Virus record (IMG/VR): IMGVR_UViG_3300022602_000078
Span: 5,652-69,651 of that record
Length of the DNA stretch: 64,000 nucleotides
Reading direction: 5' to 3' (one strand)
DNA from: a virus
Part shown: piece by piece, positions 26,658-33,757 of the stretch
Position numbering within the stretch: position 1 is the first letter of the stretch
Layout: each line of letters opens with the position of its first letter
Made by a program: the position numbers and the translations under genes
The notes under the pieces: model-generated
The model's input: only the letters and a program-made list of their open reading frames with translations
Database searches by the model: none
Told to the model about the DNA's origin: nothing

Positions 26658-27305
26658 TTTACATTCTTTTTGATAGAAGATCTACCAATAGTCCACCCAA
26701 CTCCGGGACATTCTCTGCTTTTAACAGAGTTACTACCTTTACTCCACCAACGCTGACCAATTAGTGTTTTTGCTTTTTTTAGTTTAACCTCGTCACTTTG
26801 CGTTCTTCCGGACATTGCTTGAGATTGTTTTAATTTTTGTTCTTCGGATTTAGGTCTACCTTTCCCAGCTAAACTCATTTTTAGTTTATGCTCTTCGGAT
26901 TTTGGTTTACCCTTATTCCCCCTAGCATTTTTGTTTCCTAATAATGATATTTTATTTTTCATAGAAATTGTAGGCTTTTTAATTCCTATTTGTTTCTCTC
27001 TGTTCTGTTTCTTCCATTCTTCTGATCTAATAATTCCGCTAGTGCCATCACCGCCGTCTGTTAAATTTCTTAAAATACCTGTACCTAAATCTTTTCGGCC
27101 ATACCAACGAATCATTCTTCGCTCTAATGCCAAAGCACCTATTTCGGTAAGATGATGTTCGAGGATAATAATTTGAGACAAGTCTTTTGGCTTGGCAATT
27201 TCGCCTTTTCGTTTAGTGGTTGATCGTTTGCCTTTACCCTTACCTTATATAATAAGGAGTGCCATCCTTTCGAAGGTAAGCATAGACATAGAATTGTAAA
27301 TACAT
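26654..27305 (-). pseudogene. GIY-YIG/NUMOD3 homing endonuclease broken by a single-base frameshift
   Basis: ATG 27305 gives [21 protein letters not shown]-stop; removing one base at 27245-27246 restores YYIGKGKGKR and joins the 26654..27181 frame ('[10 protein letters not shown]', NUMOD3-like '[10 protein letters not shown]' repeats). Confidence 0.85.
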
Positions 27306-27374
27306 TGCTGATAGCTCCTATAAACTGTTAGAGCCAGTGGATGCGTCAACATCGCGACTGGCACTTTTATTTAT
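27306..27374 (-). promoter_or_regulatory. Late promoter and double-hairpin leader of the homing endonuclease
   Basis: ATAAATA 27368-27374; stem GCCAGT/ACTGGC plus GATG/CATC; a second stem encloses SD AGGAG. Confidence 0.65.
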
Positions 27375-27404
27375 CTGATTACTAACAACTGTATTAATAA
27401 ACCA

Positions 27405-27599
27405 TTAAGCCGATTTGGCTTCCTTGCGAGCATTCTTTTCAGCAGTAATTTCATTACGGCGCACTTTAATTAATTTGCTCATCTCGGCCAATGCTTTGCG
27501 AGCACGAGTTCCAGCTGCGGAATTTCCTGACTCAAACTTAGAATTTTCTAATAGATATACGTCTAATGCTGACTTAATCTGATCTGTTGTTTCTGACAT
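27405..27599 (-). CDS. Histone H1-like protein Hc1 family
   Basis: 'ENSKFESGNSAAGTRARKALAEMSKLIKVRRNEI' matches the Hc1 core G-N-x-A-A-x-x-R-x-R-K. Confidence 0.8.
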   Translation of the reverse strand: MSETTDQIKSALDVYLLENSKFESGNSAAGTRARKALAEMSKLIKVRRNEITAEKNARKEAKSA

Positions 27600-27891
27600 T
27601 TTGTTTTTCCTCTTTTTTTAATTGTCGAAGCCTTGCTTTTTCTTCCAAAGCAATTTTTTTAGCTTCTAGCATCTCTTTTCTTTTTTCTCTAACCTGTTTA
27701 TAAACTAGCTTAGAAAGATTAAGCATCTCCTTTTCAATTTTACGCATAGCCCTAATCTGGCTACGTAATCGAATACTAGTGTCTAATCCTGTATGGGTAA
27801 TAAACACTCTATGGTAGTTATGTAATGCTACAGCACGATCTATATATTCTGAATATAGCTTTTGATATTGTTCTAAATAATCAGGCGACAT
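27574..27891 (-). CDS. Basic helical hypothetical protein
   Basis: 105 aa, overlaps both neighbours, Lys/Arg-rich C-terminus. Confidence 0.65.
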   Translation of the reverse strand: MSPDYLEQYQKLYSEYIDRAVALHNYHRVFITHTGLDTSIRLRSQIRAMRKIEKEMLNLSKLVYKQVREKRKEMLEAKKIALEEKARLRQLKKEEKQNVRNNRSD

Positions 27892-29665
27892 TTTCTACAT
27901 CAGTGCTATAATTGGTAAAACCATTTTCTTTAATGACACGTAATACATTGTTCACACGACCAATCAATTCGTCTTTATGTGAAATGAGATATATATTTTT
28001 TCCTCGTTCGCGAGCCATCTTTTTCAATACTGCCAGAGAGCTTTCTACACCGGCACTATCTAAACCGGCATCGATTAATTCGTCGATAAACAATAAATTA
28101 ATGCTTTGGTACAATCCTTCCCAAACATCTCGGAAAGAAAAACTTAAACTTAAAATTAATCTATTACGTTCTCCTCGAGACAAATTATCAAAGTCTAGTT
28201 CTTGACCTAGTTGTGTAATTTCTACTGTTAAATCATTTTGGAATACTACTTTGTGAGGTAATCCTAAACGATCGATATAATATGCTAATCTTTTGTTCAA
28301 ATAGTTTAAATTTTGATCAATAATTTTTTTACGTATAAAACTATCTTTATTCGTTAATAGTTTATGTAAGAATTCTTGGTGATCTCTTAGTTTTGTTAAT
28401 TCATTAATTGAATCCCAAGAAATATCTTGAATGGCGGATTTCTTTAAATCTTCGATTTGTTCTTCATACGGATTTTCTTCCACCATTCTTTCAGCAAGGC
28501 TTTTTTCTAAATTATCTAAATTATTTTTATGACCTAATGCTTCTGCTTCGGTATCGTAAAATGTAATAGGTCTGCGAGATAGTTTTCCTATTTCAGCAAT
28601 ATTAGCAGTAACACCCCCGAGGTCATCTTTAAGTTTAAAAAGATACGCAGCGGCTTCGTTTAAATTCTTTTCGGCTGCGGCAGACATTTCTCGATGTTTA
28701 TGATCCTGTAATTGCTGTTCACAAGAAGGGCAAGTATGATCTTTTAATTTATTTGCTTCCTTCTTATATTTTTCTACAGATTTTTCAGCCTGGGTAAGAG
28801 CTGATTCTAATGTAGCCTTCTGCTTATTAAGGCTAGTAATTTTATTATTATTTTCTTCCCAAGTTTTTAGTTCTATATGTAATTTTAATTCTTTATCGAT
28901 ATTAACCGATTCCAAATCAGCAATAGCCTTAGCAAGATTTTCTATGTCTTGTTCTTTTTTAGTATTCCATGCTGAACTCTTAATTCCTAAACTATCGATA
29001 CTTTTTTGTACATTATTGTTAGCAGTTTTAATTGCCTCGATACGATTATTTTCAGATAAGATAGCATCTTTGGATTCTTTAATTAATAATTTTAAGGCTT
29101 CTGCTTTTTCACTTAATAGTGTAATACCTAGTAGTTGTTCAATAACCTCACGTTGATCCGCAGCACTCATGCTTAAAAATGGTTCAGTATAAGTGTTTAA
29201 TGCCACAAGATGTTTAAACATTGTGTGAGACATTTCTAATTTTTGTTCAATAGTCTTTTGTGTCTCTCGACTATCACCTTGGCTATCGTCCTCACCGGCA
29301 TCGTCCATCTTTAATTGTTCTTCGTTAACATACAGTTTTAGTACGTTAGGTTTACGGCCTCTTTCGATTCGATACTTATTACCGTCTTTTTCAAATTCTA
29401 CGGTAACTAACATGGATTTGCCATTAATCTTGTTAATTAAGTTTTCTTTTCGAATGTTGGTTAATGCTTGTCCATATAGAGCATAACTTAGTGCATTAAT
29501 AATAGTAGTCTTACCAGTACCGTTTCTGCTGCCGGTATCCTCACCACCGAGATCAAGATTGCTGCCTAATACAAGAGTCAGCTGTTGTCGATCAAAATCT
29601 ACAGCCTGGGTTTGGTTTCCAACTGATAGGAAATTCTTCACGGTTATATTACGGATCTTAAACAT
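27881..29665 (-). CDS. gp46: Recombination endonuclease ATPase subunit (gp46, SbcC/Rad50-like)
   Basis: Walker A 'NGTGKTT', zinc hook 'CPSC', signature 'LSRGE', Walker B 'LLFIDE', H-loop 'LISH'. Confidence 0.95.
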   Translation of the reverse strand: MFKIRNITVKNFLSVGNQTQAVDFDRQQLTLVLGSNLDLGGEDTGSRNGTGKTTIINALSYALYGQALTNIRKENLINKINGKSMLVTVEFEKDGNKYRIERGRKPNVLKLYVNEEQLKMDDAGEDDSQGDSRETQKTIEQKLEMSHTMFKHLVALNTYTEPFLSMSAADQREVIEQLLGITLLSEKAEALKLLIKESKDAILSENNRIEAIKTANNNVQKSIDSLGIKSSAWNTKKEQDIENLAKAIADLESVNIDKELKLHIELKTWEENNNKITSLNKQKATLESALTQAEKSVEKYKKEANKLKDHTCPSCEQQLQDHKHREMSAAAEKNLNEAAAYLFKLKDDLGGVTANIAEIGKLSRRPITFYDTEAEALGHKNNLDNLEKSLAERMVEENPYEEQIEDLKKSAIQDISWDSINELTKLRDHQEFLHKLLTNKDSFIRKKIIDQNLNYLNKRLAYYIDRLGLPHKVVFQNDLTVEITQLGQELDFDNLSRGERNRLILSLSFSFRDVWEGLYQSINLLFIDELIDAGLDSAGVESSLAVLKKMARERGKNIYLISHKDELIGRVNNVLRVIKENGFTNYSTDVENVA

Positions 29666-30521
29666 TGTGTCCTTTTATTTTTTCTTTAAGTTCTTTTAAT
29701 GTTATCGAGCATTTAATGTATTTTGATCTATTTTCTTTATGTGGTAGCATTGTTAAATTACAAATATGTCCAATAATTTCTGGAGAAACATTATTTTTAA
29801 ACCCACGTGTGATGCTATACATGTGATCTAAATGATAATCAGTTCTCCCTCGCCTTTCATAATTTTCTAAAAGAGTTAAATTGTTTCTATTTGTTTCGGC
29901 CCATACTTTATTTTTATATAATTCAAATGCAGGAACTTCTTCTTCGGGTATAGCAGTACCGTTTTTTACCCTAATTGCTCGACATCGTTGTCCTATTGCT
30001 CTACTTTCTTCCGGTGTTCTTTTTGCAATAGTATTTTTATGAGATTCTACTGCTTTATGTTTTATATTAAAATCTTGTAAGGGATTTTCTACATTGTATT
30101 TTTCTAAACAAGTTTGTTTACGTTTATTGTTAACAAGTTGAATATCTTTATTTTTCCAAGTTTCTTGTTTTTTCTTTATTAATTGTTCGTGTGCTGTTTT
30201 ATTTTGTCGATAGTTTTTATCATATGTTGCATCTTTTTTTAATTTAATTTTGTCGACCTTACTAACATTATTAACACCGTATTTTTCTATTGTAGTATTT
30301 GATGCTTTTTCTCTGTTATTAAAATTTTCATCCCCATACCTTTCTTTTTTAGTTGCTTTATTTTTAGCGGTATTCTTAAAATTTTCATCCCCATATTTTA
30401 TTTTACAGGTTTCTCTTTTTCTCTTTTGTATTTCAGGACAGCCTGAGACACTTTTGCTACAACAAAATGTTCCATTTTTAAATTGATAAGACGCAGTTGT
30501 TTTACAATATTCACAAATCAT
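29658..30521 (-). CDS. Free-standing putative HNH-like homing endonuclease
   Basis: Likely start MICEYC (30521); repeated 'KxxxTxxxKYG' DNA-binding modules; C-terminal 'YHLDHMYSI...GHICNLTMLPHKENRSK'. Confidence 0.7.
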   Translation of the reverse strand: MICEYCKTTASYQFKNGTFCCSKSVSGCPEIQKRKRETCKIKYGDENFKNTAKNKATKKERYGDENFNNREKASNTTIEKYGVNNVSKVDKIKLKKDATYDKNYRQNKTAHEQLIKKKQETWKNKDIQLVNNKRKQTCLEKYNVENPLQDFNIKHKAVESHKNTIAKRTPEESRAIGQRCRAIRVKNGTAIPEEEVPAFELYKNKVWAETNRNNLTLLENYERRGRTDYHLDHMYSITRGFKNNVSPEIIGHICNLTMLPHKENRSKYIKCSITLKELKEKIKGHNV

Positions 30522-31524
30522 TATATATTTCCATAAGTAGTCTAGAATCAAATTGGTCTGATTCTATTGTATTTATGCTTTCAGTAACGATTTGATCTAC
30601 ACTTTCAAACTTGCTGTCAGGATTATCATCTATAATTCCTTCTAAATTAGTTTTATCTTGTATAAGACTAATTTCTCTAATATCATAATCATTAATAAAT
30701 GTTTCTTTGATGAAACTAGCTTCTTCAAAACTAATATCGATATCTAAGTTCACTTTAATATGCATCTTAGACTGCATAATTTCATCTTTACGATCGATCA
30801 GTTCAGATAATTTTATATTAATATACTTAGGAGCATCAGGCCATGTTTTAAATTCCGGCTTTCCTCCCCATCCCAAAATCATCATACCTCTATCATTATC
30901 ACCCGCATCAGCAAAATTGTGTGGAAATGCATTGCCAATATAAATTACTTTACCTTTTTGTTGACGTTTGTGAAAATGTCCACTAAAAATGTAATCAGGG
31001 CCATTAAAATCTTCGGCACGTAATTGGCCATGATCGGGCATTTGTATCATTGCGTTCATATAAAATAGCGGCAATTCAAAATGTCCAAATACATATTTGC
31101 TTTTTAAAGCCTTCATATTTTTCCATTCGTCACCGATTAACCATGGAACCAAAGTCACATCTCCTATTGTAGTAATTTCTTCTACGACAGTGACGCCAGG
31201 TATATGATGGCCAAACCCCGAACTATGAATCTCTCGGCTATCTTTATAAAATAAGTCGTGATTGCCGGGAAACCAAAAAAACTGTTCAAAGGCAGCTCCT
31301 AATTTTTCTAAACAACGGAGACTGGAGTCTAACGTATATAGATTTAAACTATTACGATGATGACTCCAGTCTCCCAGAAAGATACAAGTTTCGCAACCGG
31401 CTTCCTGCGCCTGTTCGATAAACCAGTCTACAAACTCCTCGCAATCTTTGAGATGTGTAGGCGAATTGGACTTTAGACCAAAATGAATATCTGTCATCGC
31501 GGCTACTTTTTTAAATAAACCCAT
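30511..31524 (-). CDS. gp47: Recombination endonuclease nuclease subunit (gp47, SbcD/Mre11-like)
   Basis: Phosphoesterase motifs 'TDIHFG', 'FLGDW', 'PGNHD', 'GHFE', 'SGHFH'. Confidence 0.95.
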   Translation of the reverse strand: MGLFKKVAAMTDIHFGLKSNSPTHLKDCEEFVDWFIEQAQEAGCETCIFLGDWSHHRNSLNLYTLDSSLRCLEKLGAAFEQFFWFPGNHDLFYKDSREIHSSGFGHHIPGVTVVEEITTIGDVTLVPWLIGDEWKNMKALKSKYVFGHFELPLFYMNAMIQMPDHGQLRAEDFNGPDYIFSGHFHKRQQKGKVIYIGNAFPHNFADAGDNDRGMMILGWGGKPEFKTWPDAPKYINIKLSELIDRKDEIMQSKMHIKVNLDIDISFEEASFIKETFINDYDIREISLIQDKTNLEGIIDDNPDSKFESVDQIVTESINTIESDQFDSRLLMEIYNDL

Positions 31525-31654
31525 TATATTTCTTTGGCCTTATATCCGTTATGGAATTCCTATATTTTTTGATTTTTCTAAAACAGTATCGGCACATTGG
31601 CCGATCTGCCTTCGGAATTCGTTTTCAAAGTATAACATACGACCATCTTCAATT

Positions 31655-32563
31655 TCAACCTTCGGTAGAATCTTCTTCAGCAGTGTCATTGCTTTTGGGC
31701 ATACGAATATTTTTATATATTTCTGCTTGTCGAGCACTTTCCACAGCAAATTCTTGACTATTTTGTCTAGTTGAACTAGGTGTTAATCCTGCTTCTTCTA
31801 GCAAATCGTCTCGAATATTCTGACTTTTCTTTTCCAAATTTAGTATTCGAGTAAATGAATTAGTTACGGCCGCAGTATAATAAGCAAAGGGATTTTCGCT
31901 TTTACTTTCATCAAATTGTAGTCCAATATGACTTAGTTGTAGAATAGCTTGCCCTCGCATTTCGTCGACATATGTATAACCGCGCCAATTGCTACGTTGT
32001 GCATAGCGTTCGCTAAGTTTAATATACATTTTACCTAAATTTTCAGTAATACGTCCATGATCTTTGGAAAATTTACCAGTTTTGATTCCGCCTTTCCAAT
32101 GACTTTTACCCACGCATATTAATTCGCCATTATCATCATATTTCCAATGTTGGAATGGGGGAAAATTTACTTTATCGTGATTATCGGCGCGTGTTTTAGT
32201 AGTTTTCTTGCGTCCCGGAGCCAATGGAATATGATCAAATGTCATAATCCTAATAATTACATCTGTTTTAGCGATAGTTTTGTAATCGGCAATACATTCC
32301 GATAATTTAATTTTTTTATCACCGCTAGCTCTAGCAACGGAAAATGCTTGAATACCCAATCTTTTAGCACGATTACGTTTAGCATCTGCTATAGTTCGAA
32401 TATTAATCTTATCTAAACTTGTTAAAATAATATCATATTGATGATATTCGGGTTTACTAAAACTAGAAAATGAACATTTGCTTTTATGGATCTCTGCTAA
32501 CAAGTCTTTATTATTTAGGTATTTTATTTTTCTTGTGATTATCGGTATTCCGGCGTTTGTCAT
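31655..32563 (-). CDS. gp55: Late transcription sigma factor (gp55-like)
   Basis: 'YLNNKDLLAEI', 'NWRGYTYVDEM', 'FDESKSENPFAYYT...NSFTRILNLEKK'; upstream of gp47-gp46 as in T4. Confidence 0.9.
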   Translation of the reverse strand: MTNAGIPIITRKIKYLNNKDLLAEIHKSKCSFSSFSKPEYHQYDIILTSLDKINIRTIADAKRNRAKRLGIQAFSVARASGDKKIKLSECIADYKTIAKTDVIIRIMTFDHIPLAPGRKKTTKTRADNHDKVNFPPFQHWKYDDNGELICVGKSHWKGGIKTGKFSKDHGRITENLGKMYIKLSERYAQRSNWRGYTYVDEMRGQAILQLSHIGLQFDESKSENPFAYYTAAVTNSFTRILNLEKKSQNIRDDLLEEAGLTPSSTRQNSQEFAVESARQAEIYKNIRMPKSNDTAEEDSTEG

Positions 32564-32587
32564 TCTTATTATTATCCTTGTAGTGCA

Positions 32588-32615
32588 ATTATAGCATAAA
32601 TTTGTTATTTGTCAA
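32588..32615 (-). promoter_or_regulatory. Consensus sigma70 promoter for the gp55-gp47-gp46 operon
   Basis: TTGACA-16 nt-TATAAT with extended -10 (TGnTATAAT). Confidence 0.85.
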
Positions 32616-32651
32616 CAAATTATCGTATTAAATTAGCATTTTATTTATTGG

Positions 32652-32658
32652 TTAAATA
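32652..32658 (+). promoter_or_regulatory. Late promoter (TTAAATA) for the baseplate operon
   Basis: Late-box variant upstream of SD AAGGAG and ATG 32677. Confidence 0.6.
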
Positions 32659-32676
32659 GCATATAAGGAGTATTTT

Positions 32677-33447
32677 ATGGCCGAGGTTACTTCAATACAA
32701 GATGGGGAAGAATTATCACAGGATGCTAATGCGCCCAGTGAAGTTGTAGTAAGGGCTGCTGTTAATTTAAATGGTGGAGAACCACCTGCTGATCCGCCTG
32801 TTCGAGTTACTACAACAAATGCACAAGGACAAGTTATTACCCCCACAGATTTGCGGGTCAAAATAATAGTTCCAAAATCTTATATAAGATCATCCACAGC
32901 GGGCCTTGCCAATGAATTATATAATATACAAGGTATAGTTTTTCCATACACTCCTCAAATTACATATGATGTTAAAGCAGATTATTCTCCAGTTAATCCT
33001 ACTCATGGAAATTATACTCAATATTTTTATCAACATAGTTCAATCGGTCCTATTAATATTAACGGAAAAATCACAGTTCAAAATGATAAAGACGCTGGGG
33101 TTTATTTGGCCATAACACATCTACTTAAAGCATTAACAAAAATGAAATTTGGAACAGATTTAGATGCTGGATCGCCTCCTCCTATTTGTAGATTAAGTGC
33201 CTATGGGCAGTATATGATGCGCGATATACCGATTGTTATAAGCTCTTATAGAATAGATCTTCCGCCTGATGTTGATTATTTTACCTTGGGTAAAAATACA
33301 GTCTACGCTCAATATAAACAAGCAATGGTTCCTATCGTATCTACAATTAACATAACTTGTTATCCGATGTATAGTAGGAATGAGTTATCGAAATTTTCAG
33401 TTGATAATTTTCTTAACGCATATGCCGCTAATTCACAATATCTATAA
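32677..33447 (+). CDS. Baseplate/tail-tube initiator-like protein
   Basis: 'GIVFPYTPQI', 'GSPPPICRLSAYG...IPIVISSYRIDLP' tube-initiator-type motifs; first gene of the baseplate module. Confidence 0.65.
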   Translation: MAEVTSIQDGEELSQDANAPSEVVVRAAVNLNGGEPPADPPVRVTTTNAQGQVITPTDLRVKIIVPKSYIRSSTAGLANELYNIQGIVFPYTPQITYDVKADYSPVNPTHGNYTQYFYQHSSIGPININGKITVQNDKDAGVYLAITHLLKALTKMKFGTDLDAGSPPPICRLSAYGQYMMRDIPIVISSYRIDLPPDVDYFTLGKNTVYAQYKQAMVPIVSTINITCYPMYSRNELSKFSVDNFLNAYAANSQYL

Positions 33448-33453
33448 TCTAAT

Positions 33454-33756
33454 ATGACTACATATAAAAACGACAGTCCTTATTATGCAACCACTTCCAC
33501 TAATGCTGGATATCTAGGTGTGATGACCTATCGAGATGTGCCGTATCAATCTGATGATATTTTATTTACAGTTACTAATGAATATCAATATCGTCCAGAT
33601 TTATTAGCATATGATTTGTATAATAATTCTAATTTGTGGTGGGTATTTGCTATGAGAAATCTTTCCACAATTAAAGATCCGGTATATGATCTTGTAACAG
33701 GCACACAAATTTATCTACCTAAACTTAGTACATTAAAAAAAATATTAGGAATATAA
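33454..33756 (+). CDS. Baseplate wedge protein (gp53/LysM-like)
   Basis: 'YRPDLLAYDLYNNSNLWWVFAMRN...GTQIYLP'. Confidence 0.85.
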   Translation: MTTYKNDSPYYATTSTNAGYLGVMTYRDVPYQSDDILFTVTNEYQYRPDLLAYDLYNNSNLWWVFAMRNLSTIKDPVYDLVTGTQIYLPKLSTLKKILGI

Positions 33757-33757
33757 T

